64,000 nt of DNA from positions 682,001 through 746,000 of the forward strand of contig NIVC01000059.1 in the NCBI GenBank assembly GCA_002269645.1, given 5' to 3'. The position numbers were made by a program, and so were the translations under genes. The notes beneath the pieces are model-generated. The model had not been told where the DNA came from, made no database searches, and worked only from the letters and a program-made list of their open reading frames with translations. The DNA comes from Macrostomum lignano. Lineage: Eukaryota. Of the stretch, positions 1 through 12,509 are shown one piece after another (position 1 is the stretch's first letter; the number at the start of each line of letters is the position of its first letter).

Positions 1-42
<42 letters not shown>

Positions 43-104
43 GTGTCTGTCTGTCTTAGCGTCTGTCTGTCTGTCTGTCCGTCTGTCTGTCTGTCTGTCT
101 GTCC

Positions 105-200
<96 letters not shown>

Positions 201-236
201 TAGCGTCTGTCTGTCTGTCTGTCCGTCTGTCTGTCC
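1..236. repeat. (GTCT)n/(GTCC) microsatellite, probably intronic to TNFR-like gene 1
   Basis: Direct tetranucleotide array; ORFs 41..268 and 43..243 are its translation. Confidence 0.97.
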
Positions 237-580
237 TGTTTAATTATTTCCTGAGATGCTTGACCTAATATGCATTTCCTTTCGAATTCGCTTGTACTCT
301 ACGTGTATTCCTTTCGTATCTGTTTCTAGACAAGCTGTTGAGGTGTGGGATATAGAAAAAAGTAACATCTTGTAAAGTACTCTTCTTTCTACATTCATGT
401 GGGATAAATTTTGAAAAAATTTTTGTTACCAAGTTTGCATTTATCGATAGATTTCAAAACTTGACAATTAAAATTTATCTGACTATGGTTTCTTGAGTTC
501 ATCAATTGCTTTCGATATTTTATCTTGCTGTATCTTTATTATATTTTGAAGTTTTTTCAATTTTCTACTTTCACTTTCAG

Positions 581-1025
581 AAAGTACGCCCAAGACTGCC
601 CTAAGCTCGACGAGGTCAAGCCAACTACTACTACACTCCATCCTGCATCGAGATCGAGTAAGATGACTCAATTTTCCACTAATAATATTGGAAAGTTACC
701 GGAACAGACTAACATCGTTCATACCAATCGAGCGGGTGATTACGTCACCAAGAATGTCTCCATCACGCCGCAACCGGATGGCAAATCAACTCTTTCCAGA
801 ATTCCAATCTGGTTGTGGATTGCCATTGGTATCGTCGTTACTGCAGTGATTATAGCGATAGTGCTTTTAATTATTAGAGTTTGCCTCAATAAGAGACGTC
901 CAAGGTCGAATTCAAAAGAGGGTCAGACGGCACCTCTTGTCCGCCAGGAGGAGGGCTGTATTGGTAATTCTGTGCCCTCGATTGTTCTAGCAGCTGGTGC
1001 GATTAGAGAGCGCAGTCAGATTTGA
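581..1025 (+). CDS. TNFR-like receptor paralog 1, terminal exon (end of CRD, S/T stalk, TM, cytoplasmic tail); exon 1 lies upstream of the window
   Basis: Acceptor ttcactttcag|a at 580/581, phase 2. It reads (R)KYAQDCPKL, matching (R)RYAFDCPQL of paralog 3 exon 2. TM is LWIAIGIVVTAVIIAIVLLII followed by RVCLNKRR. Confidence 0.75.
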
Positions 1026-2156
1026 ATCATCGACTCGTTTGTAATATACTCGCAGCAACATTGAAAAGTCGCCACTCTATGCGCCGGTGAACAATTTCTC
1101 TTGGACTATTCTGAAATAAAATATACGAGAAAACTGATCGAGCTAGCTTTAATCCGCCCCTTCTGTGATGGCGACTTTTTGATGTTGCTGAGTATAGATG
1201 TACTGCATGCTACACTTTACTATCCAAGTTGAAATATGTTTGATTTTTTAAATATTTTGACGAGATTTATTTAACCGGATTTTGTAATCTAGCTGTGTAA
1301 TTTAATTGATATTTATCCCAGAAATCAGAAGCGTATGATAGATTTTCGATAGGATATACGAGCCTTATATGCTGCATCTGTATACATGTAAATAATTGAA
1401 CAATATTAAAACAGTTTTTTACTACACATAAATAGCCAATCGACTAAACTTTACCTAACTGCTGTACATTATACGAGTACCAATATTTTCGTAGCATATG
1501 TCCAAAATTAACTTGAACATGGTACTGAATATGCGTTAATGAAATTCTGAACTCAACACCATTCTTTGGAGTTTTCTGTTCCTTTTTATGAGTATTCTCC
1601 TGACAGTCCTATTTATATGTAGCTTGCAATACAATCATAACAAAAAACGTTCTGAGCCATATACTACTAAATGTATTACCGATTCGATAAATACACGTTC
1701 CTAACCGGTTTTCACGGCCCACTTCTAACACAATCGAGGGTTGCGTCTAATTTCTAGTGTAGACTTTTCCATTTTGCAGGTATACTCCTGCAAAATCCTG
1801 TGTACTCCGATTGCTTCGCTATTTGAAATCTTCTTGGCTTGCTCTTGTGGCGTCAATGTAATGACTAAAGCGAACAATTAATATAAGTCACGCTACTAGC
1901 TGAATAATTAATTTACCATGCCTGTGTGCCGTTACGCAATTATGCAATCACTACAGCTTGGAGTAGCTAGTAATACGAGAGTGCATTCGAGCGTAGTATT
2001 CACATGGACAACTAGAGTTAAAGGAATCTAGCACGCGCACTCGTGTTTCAGCCATAGACGCACAAGTCAAAGTGCTTGATTCCCATTCTTATTTGATCCA
2101 ACATGTGTTGCTAAAGTAGACAAGGGTGGAGCTGGGGGTGTGGAGTTAGACTTGAA

Positions 2157-2667
2157 CCATAGACAAAATATGCGCGAGCTAGTCTGAACATTCTTGCACG
2201 ATTGAAAGAAGATAATGCTTGTAGTCTATGGCTGTTGTGCTAAATATAGATACATTGCGCATTACATTCTTGCACGATTGACATTCCTGCACGGTGTGCA
2301 CATGTAAATTCAAGGTGCTTTTACCATAGACACTTGCATTTCTGCACGCATATGGCGACTTTCAAAGCATTCTTGCACGCTGGATCAAATAAGAATGATA
2401 TATTCCTGCACGGTCACGAGTGCGGGAATGACATCTGCACGAGTGCGCGCTAGCGCACGAGTGCACGATGTCCTTCACGCACGAGTGAACGTGAAGGAAT
2501 TCCATTGTCGGATGATTCATCGTGCAGGAATGCACAAAACCGTGCAGGAATGCATTTCTGCGCCTAATGCTTTTTCAGTGAGATTTTACCATAGACATCC
2601 ATTCCTGCACGCAAAAGAGTGCAAGAATGCCATTCTTGCATGGAAAATCAGCCGACAATGTCTATGA
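2157..2667. repeat. Cluster of CCATAGAC/GTCTATGG termini and CATTCYTGCACG motifs in both orientations (probable MITE remnants)
   Basis: CCATAGAC near 2157, 2325 and 2589; GTCTATG(G) near 2224 and 2660; many cattc(c/t)tgcacg and cgtgcaggaatg copies. Confidence 0.55.
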
Positions 2668-3151
2668 GTATTCAAAAACTGGGTGTGGCTAAGCTTTGCT
2701 AGGTATGGTTACAAATATGGAAACCGCCGCCGACAGATCATTCTGAATAATTCTAAAAATAGCATTTAGCCTAAAAATTAAAACGTACAGTAGCTACACC
2801 TGAAAACATACGTATTAGCAACGTTAAAGAAATCCTGGGTAAGCACAGTAATTGAATGCACAATTGCAGTCCAAGAGGTACACTGAGTAACTAAAAATAG
2901 CTCTGAATCAAATAGTTTTGGAGGATTCCAGCTTAACAGCGATATATATGTAAGAGGGGTAGTAAGCCAAAAATTGTCACTCAGTGCACGCAAAGAACTA
3001 CCTGCCCAAAACTTCACTATCTCGGTGAGCCTCCATTAGACTTCGTTGATGTCTGACACACCAGTGGACAACTCAGTGAACCAACCACCTTAAGCCCAAT
3101 CACTCGTCGACGGCAGGCCCGGCACCCGTCGACGAGAGTAGCGTCTCGATC

Positions 3152-3841
3152 ATGTTCAAGACAATGTCCGTACACACTATGACAGCCGTCATGTCGCTGA
3201 TGTTTGTCACAGTTGCTGCTGTATCCGTCGAGAAACTTCAAATCCACTACTGTCCACCTGACGAGTTCGCCGACTCGATGGGCCACTGTCAGAGCTGCGA
3301 CTGGTGTCGAAGAATCCAACCGGTGGATGGCGATGTCGAGCAAGTCTCGCTTGAACATCTGCACAGACAGGACATCTGCGATCGGTTTGGCGCGCTCTGC
3401 TTCGCCTCGCAGATGAGCACCGCTGTTCAGAAGCTGGAAGCGAAGCTTGAAGCATTTCAAACGACGCCAAACAGCATCAAATCGGCGGATTTAATTGCAA
3501 CACGAGATGCGCAGAAGAAGATCGCGGGAGCTGTTCTCATTGAATTCAAGTCGTCATCAATAAACTCCACAAAGCATAGCGAGACTCGTCCACGGTCCAA
3601 GCCTGCTCCAATCATTGCTGGAGCCGTTTCAGTGGTAGGTCTGGCTACAATCGTGTCGATTGTAGCCGTTTTTCTCCGGAGACGAAGGTCAGCTCAAAAA
3701 CGACGTCAGAAAGCGTTGCTGCATGATTCACTGGACAACGCTAAGAGTACAGAGGAAGGACTCTGTGACTCGAGGAGCTCAATTGAGCGGACACGGGAGT
3801 GCATACAGGACAGAAATGCAGGGCGAGTCATTGCAGGTTAA
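3152..3841 (+). CDS. TNFR-like receptor paralog 2, single open frame of 229 aa
   Basis: Signal-peptide-like N-terminus; CRD C-x11-C-x2-C-x2-C-x23-C-x6-C (CPPDEFADSMGHCQSCDWC...LHRQDICDRFGALC); TM IIAGAVSVVGLATIVSIVAVFL then RRRR. A possible donor at gcag|gttaat (3837) could extend the C-terminus. Confidence 0.8.
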   Translation: MFKTMSVHTMTAVMSLMFVTVAAVSVEKLQIHYCPPDEFADSMGHCQSCDWCRRIQPVDGDVEQVSLEHLHRQDICDRFGALCFASQMSTAVQKLEAKLEAFQTTPNSIKSADLIATRDAQKKIAGAVLIEFKSSSINSTKHSETRPRSKPAPIIAGAVSVVGLATIVSIVAVFLRRRRSAQKRRQKALLHDSLDNAKSTEEGLCDSRSSIERTRECIQDRNAGRVIAG

Positions 3842-5465
3842 TGTGTAGTTATGAGGGTCAGGGGTGTCGCCACCAGGGGGACATTGGGACATGTCCCCCA
3901 CCAAAAGCTATGGGGGGACATACAAATGCTTTTCCCACCGCCCCACCGTGATGGAAATCAATAGTTTTGCTTTAGGGCGCCAAAATATAGCGCCTGTGGC
4001 GCCCAAAGGAGTTGCTATACAAAATTACCACGATTCCAAAAATAATGTAGGAATTTAGTCATGTAAAATTCTTAACTCAAATTCTTAAATCAAATTCTTA
4101 AATCAAAGTGCTCCATTTAGCCCCTCATCCCTCTTATCTATAGTGGCTTGAAATTTCCATCATTGGTAAATCTTGAATTATGTAGCTGTAGCCTGTAGGG
4201 TCTTCTTACGCTCGTATAGTTAAAATTGAATCCATTACCAATACAACAAGTGAATTATTGTCGTTCAATTTATGTATATATTTTTTGTATTTATTGGACA
4301 TTCATTTTTTGTTTTACTGTGTTTCTGTTGCTAAACAAGAATTATTTGCAGATAGCTACTATAGGGGCCCTACTCCGTCGCTCGCTAATTTTCATTTAGT
4401 AAAAAATAAATATCGAATCAGAATCATTAACTGTACAAGCATATATGCGTTGATTCTATTCCATGTGCATGTACATGGCTCCTATAATGCTCGAACTTTC
4501 ATTTGTCATGCAAGCAATCAAAAGCCGTGTCCAAGAAAAAATTAGACATGGCTAATTCTGTTAAACAATTATTTTGTTTAACAGAAATCGTGTTTGAGGT
4601 TGATTTTTCTAACAGTAGCTAGCTAAGAACATTTCCCTTGTACATTAATTAGATTGCTTTTCAAATCATCAATAATCGACTCTCATATGTAAGCTAAGTT
4701 CAATTTGAAATTTTCGCGTTGTACTATTTTAGCGGAGAAAATGTGTCGATTGAAATAAACTTTTTATTAGCAGGCTGCTTTTATAGCTTGTGTTTCGGTA
4801 TATTTTCTTCAAAACATTGACTTCCAAAGAAAATTTATTCATGAACTTAATTATTCACCGCAATGAGTGCGGCCTGTGGCGCTAAAATGACTGCTAACAA
4901 TGCCTTCCCCAAAAATATATAGGAATTTGTTATTTGCCATGTAGAAATATTGGCTTTACGTGTCCCCTCCATAAAATACCTGGTGGCCTGGCGACCATTA
5001 TTAAAGCCATTAATAACGAAATTTTCCATTTGCTTTTTTTTATTTTAACGTTCTCTTTCTACTAAATAACTGCCTATTTTAGGTTAAGACATGCATATAT
5101 GGAGAATCTCCAATTGACATGGACAATTTAAACTTTGGTTTAGTTCCATGTTGCACTGCTTGACAAAAATGCGTGAGCAATTGTTTTATCCAACCCTCCC
5201 CGCATGCACGATCCACGTACACGGTAGATTTATACTAAGTAAATGTACATTTTTACATAATGTACAATTAGCTACAGTTCTAAATTTAGAAGCACTATTC
5301 ATTATGGGTACAGGTATGACGTTTGAACTCGCGTACAGCTATATAAATAGGCATAAGTAGCCATGTAAGTTTACAAGCCAACCTTTCTTCGGAGTAGCAG
5401 AGCTACTGCAGCCTTGACGCAACTTTAACAAGATTAAACAATCTGGTTCTAAATTGCACAGAGTC

Positions 5466-5683
5466 ATGAGACCAATGGCTTCGCATCTAATTTTTGGAGT
5501 GACAATTATTGTAATTTCTATTAACAATTATGTCGCAATAGCAACTACAATGACAGAAAATCAAACGGTTCGGTGCAAGGAGGGAGAGTTTGCTAACTTT
5601 CACGGAGAATGCATAAACTGCTCCTGGTGCAACAGCGAGTCCCTGGAGGGTCAAGAGCGTCTTCATCGACAGTCTATTTGCAG
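5466..5683 (+). CDS. TNFR-like receptor paralog 3, exon 1
   Basis: ATG 5466; hydrophobic leader; CKEGEFANFHGECINCSWC...LHRQSIC; donor tgcag|gtaaat, phase 2. Confidence 0.8.
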
Positions 5684-6613
5684 GTAAATACTAATTATTT
5701 ATTCTAAATTTAGTAAGCCAACATGGACTACTTTTAAGTCACTAAAATACGAGCTATATGTGCATGCAAAGCGTGCCGTTAGTCAACTGTTTAAACATTA
5801 AATTTCACTTTAAAAATGCAAGTTTCAAACCGAAGAAGTCTGAAACATTATATATTATTGAAGAGCGGCAATGTAAGCATGTTTGTCAGCAAGATCCGGA
5901 TGATTATTATTGTTATTTTTTATATCTATGACCACTGGTTATGTGTTTGGAGCTCTTACGTCTATGGCCAAGATAAATGACTGTTGCCGACTAGCTACTG
6001 GTCTGTCTATGTCTATGGCCAAGTAGCTGTGGGCAAAAATAGTAGTTAGCTAAACACATGTTCATCGGATTTCCAAAAAGGGGACATACTCGTACATGTA
6101 TTTGAGCTAGAATTTTGTGAGAGAAACTGCATGATTGAATTATTTGAATTTTTTGTGGCGACCCCTTTTCATCGGTCTATAACACATGTTGCAGAAGAAA
6201 ACTTTAGCAGTTCAGCTATACTAAATTTTCACTTACCCAAGACACTGACATTAGCTATGACGTTGCCCAGAAGTCATTTCTCAATTTCGAATAACAAACA
6301 AACCAGAAAAAAACTAAGTTTTTATAATTATCAGGTCCAAGCAAGCTACACTACAGTACAAAGTTTTTTAACAGTTTTTCCTTCGTAAACTTTTATCAAA
6401 ACGGAATTTAGATAACAACCAAGCGTTTCTGACTCACTCTTAGTATAATCTAAAGCTACGAACTATAAAGTGCTCTAAAAATAAAATCTAATCGATAGAA
6501 GATATCTAAGAAAAACAGTAACAATTGAGCATATTGCATACTAATTTCGTATAGATCAATTTCTTTATTAAACCTTGCTTATTTAAATGTACGTAATTCC
6601 TAACTTTTTTCAG

Positions 6614-7058
6614 ACGGTACGCATTTGACTGTCCTCAGCTGCAGCGAGAGCTGAGTACGGAGCAGCCTGAATCGGCAGGACCTACAAGCCCGTCAACTGC
6701 ACAAACTGACAACCGAGATTCACCTGTCACTTCAAGCCCATCATCACCGTCACCATCCGACGTGACTGACAATGGCCCAGCCGTCCACTCAGTTCCCAAT
6801 GCTCCCCCTCCGGTGTGGGCTTGGGTTGTCGGCTTCAGCGCACTTGTTGTTGTCGGTTTAGGAGTGGCTTTGATCATTTATACTCGGCGAGAAGAAATAT
6901 TCGCCACGTTTAAACGCCGGGATTTAAGAAGAAACGAGGAACAGACACAGCAGACTGAGCCGTTTGTTGGCAACCGCTTGCAACCGGCGAACTCATCGAT
7001 TTCAATTGAAATGACGGCCAGAGAGCAGATCGCATGCAGAAATAATCGGTCTTTGTAA
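6614..7058 (+). CDS. TNFR-like receptor paralog 3, exon 2
   Basis: Acceptor tttttcag|a. The frame joins exon 1 (663 nt in total, 220 aa). It contains RYAFDC, an S/P/T stalk and TM VWAWVVGFSALVVVGLGVALIIY. Confidence 0.8.
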
Positions 7059-7550
7059 ATTTTATGTGTTTAAAGTTCGGCCTTAATTTTTTTTTTCAAA
7101 TCATTTTGTCATTCGATTGTTATGATTGTTATCAATCACCATTCTACCGATATACTCCTAGCTAACCGATTATTTATGCTCTTTGACATAATACATACAT
7201 GTATACTTATCAATAATTGTTTATAGTTGGTACAATCCCCACCTACGTATTCATTTCTTAAATTTTAAAGAATATTTGTCATTCAACTATCATTCTACGA
7301 ACTATATATACTCGGAATGTATGATTTATGCTCTTTAACAGAATACAATGTAATCATTATAAATATTTATTCCATATTTCAATGCAAGTACCTCGATTGT
7401 AAAACAACAAGTTTATGGTACTGTTGCGCCTATATTTATATCATATTCTCATATTTTTTAGCTTTTTTCGTTAGCGTTAGCGAAAATGCCGCTAATTTTG
7501 TTTTCATTTAACGCATTAGCCATTTCCGCAATTGTTTCAGTTCTTCTATT

Positions 7551-8076
7551 TGTTGTGAGCCCCGTCCTCCGGAGCAACGCCTACAGCTTTAACCTGTCGG
7601 GAAGCTGCGACCCCCAGGTCCCCAGTCAGAGCTCCCGTCCCGCGCCCTAGGGAGAAGCAGAAAAAGGACAGTAAATCGCGAACACGAACTACACACCGTA
7701 GTCGATGCAGTTCGCCGTGCACTTTTTATGGTACAATAGATCGACGAGTCGTTTTATTCAATAGCCAACGGAGGCGGACCAACGCGCGCAAGGGAGGAGT
7801 CTGCCCTCCAGACAGCGACTATATATTTTTGATTGGTCCTACGCGTACATGAATATACCTTAAAAACAAATGTACGGTACAGCAGGGGAGGTGGGGCGGG
7901 GTGGCGTGATCGGCGTACGCATTGATTATTGATTGGAGGGGTGGGGCAGACTGGAGGGTTGGGGCGGGGCAGGAGGGCGAGAAAGGGCACGATTGCACAA
8001 CATATTCTTTATAGTCTGCCGCACGCCCGCGTAATTTATAATACGTATTTTTTCAACTCGTACCGCTCTCACAACA
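7551..8076 (-). mobile_element. Putative solo LTR
   Basis: Inverted ends TGTTGTGAG...CTCACAACA. On the minus strand the order is GC boxes, CCAAT (~7935, ~7833), TATATA (~7822), AATAAA (7753-7758). No TSD found. Confidence 0.55.
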
Positions 8077-8656
8077 AGCGCAGGGACATGATATTCGACA
8101 ACGTCAGCCTAGCTTGTAATCATCTCATTGAACGAATACATTAGGTCTAGTTTGCTTTCTTTATTTTTAAATTGCATGAATAGCGATTTTTAGGAATAGC
8201 TCTACTTCCGCTAATTTAGACTTAAGCTAGCGCGTTCAGCTAATTAAAAGTGGTCCGCTATGACAAAACGTTAATCACGTACGAGTCAAAGTTTAGATTG
8301 CGCGAAAAGTACAATAAGTTGATCGGAAAAATGACCACATAAACTTGCTCATCAGGTTTTTAACATTGGTTTATTTGAAGGTGTTATAAAAAAGACAATA
8401 TGACGTATTCGTATATCAGCATAAGCATGTGTATAGATTTGAGATAGAACTTGAAGGTTAAAATAAAATTCATGTACAAATATCATTAAAAAAACTATCA
8501 TAATAGGATAACTATGCAAAAGTTCCTGGTAGTATAGGTTAGGAGAGAAATTAGACCTTAGGATCAATGAGAAAGCAGACACAGTGAGGCTAGATGGAGG
8601 ATAGAGTAGTAAGAATCTAAAGAACGAATAAATGGTAGGTAGAGGGACAGAAAAGG

Positions 8657-10172
8657 TGGGTAGAGGGAAGGGAGAGGATGGGCAGAGGGAAGGGAGAGGA
8701 TAGGCAGAGGGAAGGGAGAGGATGGGCAGAGGGAAGGGAGAGGATAGGCAGAGGGAAGGGAGAGGATGGGCAGAGGGAAGGAAGAGGATGGGCAGAGGGA
8801 AGGAAGAGGATGGGCAGAGGGAAGGGAGAGGATGGGCAGAGGGAAGGGAGAGGATGGGCAGAGGGAAGGGAGAGGATGGGCAGAGGGAAGGGAGAGGATG
8901 GGCAGAGGGAAGGGAGAGGATGGGCAGAGGGAAGGGAGAGGATGGGCAGAGGGAAGGGAGAGGATGGGCAGAGGGAAGGGAGAGGATGGGCAGAGGGAAG
9001 AGAGAGGATGGGCAGAGGGAAGGGAGAGGATGGGCAGAGGGAAGGGAGAGGATGGGCAGAGGGAAGGGAGAGGATGGGCAGAGGGAAGGTAGAGGATGGG
9101 CAGAGGGAAGGGAGAGGATGGGCAGAGGGAAGGGAGAGGATGGGCAGAGGGAAGGGAGAGGATGGCAGAGGGAAGGGAGAGGATGGGCAGAGGGAAGGGA
9201 GAGGATGGGCAGAGGGAAGGGAGAGGATGGGCAGAGGGAAGGGAGAGGATGGGCAGAGGGAAGGTAGAGGATGGGTAGAGGGAAGGGAGAGGATGGGTAG
9301 AGGGAAGGGAAAAGATGGGCAGAGGGAAGGAAGAGGATGGGCAGAGGGAAGGGAGAGGATGGGCAGAGGGAAGGAAGAGGATGGGCAGAGGGAAGGGAGA
9401 GGATGGGCAGAGGGAAGGGAGAGGATGGGCAGAGGGAAGGGAGAGGATGGGCAGAGGGAAGGAAGAGGATGGGCAGAGGGAAGGGAGAGGATGGGCAGAG
9501 GGAAGGGAGAGGATGGGCAGAGGGAAGGGAGAGGATGGGCAGAGGGAAGGGAGAGGATGGGCAGAGGGAAGGGAGAGGATGGGCAGAGGGAAGGGAGAGG
9601 ATGGGCAGAGGGAAGGGAGAGGATGGGCAGAGGGAAGGGAGAGGATGGGTAGAGGGAAGGGAGAGGATGGGCAGAGGGAAGGGAGAGGATGGGCAGAGGG
9701 AAGGAAGAGGATGGGCAGAGGGAAGGGAGAGGATGGGCAGAGGGAAGGGAGAGGATGGGCAGAGGGAAGGAAGAGGATGGGCAGAGGGAAGGGAGAGGAT
9801 GGGCAGAGGGAAGGGAGAGGATGGGCAGAGGGAAGGGAGAGGATGGGCAGAGGGAAGGGAGAGGATGGGCAGAGGGAAGGGAGAGGATGGGCAGAGGGAA
9901 GGGAGAGGATGGGCAGAGGGAAGGGAGAGGATGGGCAGAGGGAAGGGAGAGGATGGGCAGAGGGAAGGGAGAGGATGGGCAGAGGGAAGGGAGAGGATGG
10001 GTAGAGGGAAGGGAGAGGATGGGCAGAGGGAAGGGAGAGGATGGGTAGAGGGAAGGGAGAGGATGGGTAGAGGGAAGGGAGAGGATGGGCAGAGGGAAGG
10101 GAGAGGATGGGCAGAGGGAAGGGAGAGGATGGGCAGAGGGAAGGGAGAGGATGGGCAGAGGGAAGGGAGAGG
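8657..10172. repeat. 22-bp purine-rich minisatellite (GATGGGCAGAGGGAAGGGAGAG)n
   Basis: Direct reading; near-perfect units, three GGG tracts each. Confidence 0.97.
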
Positions 10173-10949
10173 GTGGATTGGGAGAAAGCTTGATACGGAG
10201 AGGGGAAGGGTAGGGGGGATGGAAAAAGAAGTGGGGTGCTTGTAGGTGCGGAGATGAATAGATAGCAGAACAGTAGAGGAGGAGGTTGATATAAGAATGG
10301 TGAGATTAGATATGAAGGCTGAGGATGATATATGCGTAGCGTAATAAGAATAGGTAGCCCCTTTTATACATCATGCAATCTCTAAATTTCATATCTAATG
10401 TCTATTCTCTGGATAATTAGCAAAAATTAATCTCAGGATACATGAAAACTTTTCCTTTGATTAATGCTGAATGCAGGGAATAATAGCTCACGGAATATAT
10501 TCCCAAAAATGTTTCATTTACTAGGTTTCCGAGTTAAAAAGTGTTTTTTTTATTTAAAACTTATTATTTCTGTGTTTAAAGACCTTATTTTAATCTAATA
10601 AATCTAGATGAAAGAATTCATATGAGCTACATGTATTAGCTAAATGATGACAAGTTGATTCTGCAGTTAGACTCCATTGTCACGCACGTACAATGCCTAA
10701 AACGCTAACAATTATCACTGATTCTGAAGTCACCAATTAATAAAAGAAACTTAAATTTCGGTTTTTACCTTGATTTAGGATTATCTCAGCTATTGTATAT
10801 CCATATTTCGTTGAGGACTAAAATCTTTGAACTCAAACAGGTAAAGTGCAACTCTTGCTTGCGGGTGACAGATGTTCAAAGCTTTACTAGATTGCTGTAA
10901 AAAAAGAATAATTGATTACACCTGCCCCAATTGGGCCAGATGTGCAACC

Positions 10950-11085
10950 GACAGCTCAGCCGCAGCTATTGCGCGGCGCATCTGAAGGCTCCGTACGGCT
11001 GTTCAGTCCAAGGACTGGGGGATCGCCACACATACCCTTAATTACCCCAGCTAATGCTGGTACCTAGTTTGGGAACACTGACTGC
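10950..11085 (-). mobile_element. SINE fragment related to the element at ~56900
   Basis: Reverse complement ggtaccagcattagctggggtaattaaggg matches ggtgccagcattagctgggataattgaggg at ~57038 (27/30 by eye). Confidence 0.55.
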
Positions 11086-12509
11086 ATTTACCACAATTGA
11101 GAAATGAAAGACGAAAATGCGTCAACTACTGTTGTGCCTTGCCAGCTCTATAGATCGAATTCGCGTCAGGTGATTTTAGACTCGACGGACATTGACTGTG
11201 TGACACCAGGCGGAAGGTTCTGTGCATGTGAATCTCCAAACATGCATGAGTTTGGAGACTGTTGTCAAAAGATCATGCGTCTGTCTAAATCTCATTTCGC
11301 TGGGCATGACCGCCCATTTTGCTAACCCTTGAACAGCCGACGTGTCACCCTGGACGAAGGGTTGACGTAGAGCGCATGCGCTGATTGAAACATTTTTTGG
11401 AAATCACACTCTTCAGTCAACGATGAGTGTTGGTCATAGGTAGTCCGTGAAGTGAGTCCGACTGAAGCATTAAGCGGTTTCGTCATGTGAGTAGCAAAAA
11501 CTGCAGTTGGTTGCATTGCCCTGAAGATTTGGTTCACGGAGAACCATGCAGCCGTGACCTGAGAGCCTGAGAGGTGCATTGTTGCAGTCTGGATGCCTCT
11601 TCGCGAAAGGTGCAAGAAAAGCACCCAGAGCTGGTGAGATTACTGCCTCTAAGTTAGCTTCAGATGGTGCAGTTTGCCTAAAATCTTGATCCAAATCGAG
11701 AGGCCGGTCTGGGGAGTTGAGCTGGGAACGTTTTCCGAAGTTGAGACTAAGAAGTATTTGTAGTATTAGAATACATGTAAATGCAATTAATTTTTTTTTG
11801 CTGTCAAGATAAACACGCTCGACAAATGCTTGGAATGCTAGGATTTTCTTTTTAATCTTGTCCAGTAAGGAGACGTCGAACTTCCTAAGCCCCTATTGTA
11901 GGGTTGGACAACGACGTTCGGAATCGGTGGCATTCTGTACCAAAAACGTGCGAGCCTATTTTGTTCTTTGAAAAGATCATGTTCTCGTAGGAGTATACCT
12001 AGCGATTCATCTGTCATTCTGATAACCGTCCCGTTTTGCATGGAACAAAAAACCGATGGCTAATCCCTTCGCCTTATCAAGACGAGTCAGACGTCTGGAA
12101 GTAATCAACATGAAACTCCAAGTGCTTTATCGGCTTGATTCAAAGTGTAAGATAGCTCACTACTTGACATTCCTGAGCCTCAAAAAAACAGTTTCAAATT
12201 GCTGACGTTGATGCCAAAAATTTAGAGCTAGCGATTCCTTAGAAGACGCGATTCAGGATGCAGGACTCATGACTTCTATAAAGATGCAACTCTCCATCAA
12301 GTCAGCCAAGGCGTCTTTAAAGGAGTAAAGGAGTAAGGAAATGAGACTGAATCACCTAGGCTGTTTAAATGCAGTTAGGATTTCCCATCCAAATAGGAGA
12401 GAAATGACCTTGAAGGTTTAAAAACTGAGCAAGCGATCCACGGCTTCTCGATAAAGCAATGCATGAGCTATGCATGAGTGCTTGTCTAGTTGTCTCAAGT
12501 TAGATAGAC

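Noticed and set aside
8678-10245. Long GRGKGEDGQREGRGWAE ORFs
   Set aside because: Open in all three frames only because a stop-free 22-bp unit repeats; no unique domain or splice context.
11100-12420. Coding-looking segment between the purine arrays (ORFs 11322..11624, 11470..11694, 11838..12041)
   Set aside because: Multiple stops, no motif I recognise and no consistent splice model; possibly a decayed gene or TE. Needs tBLASTx.
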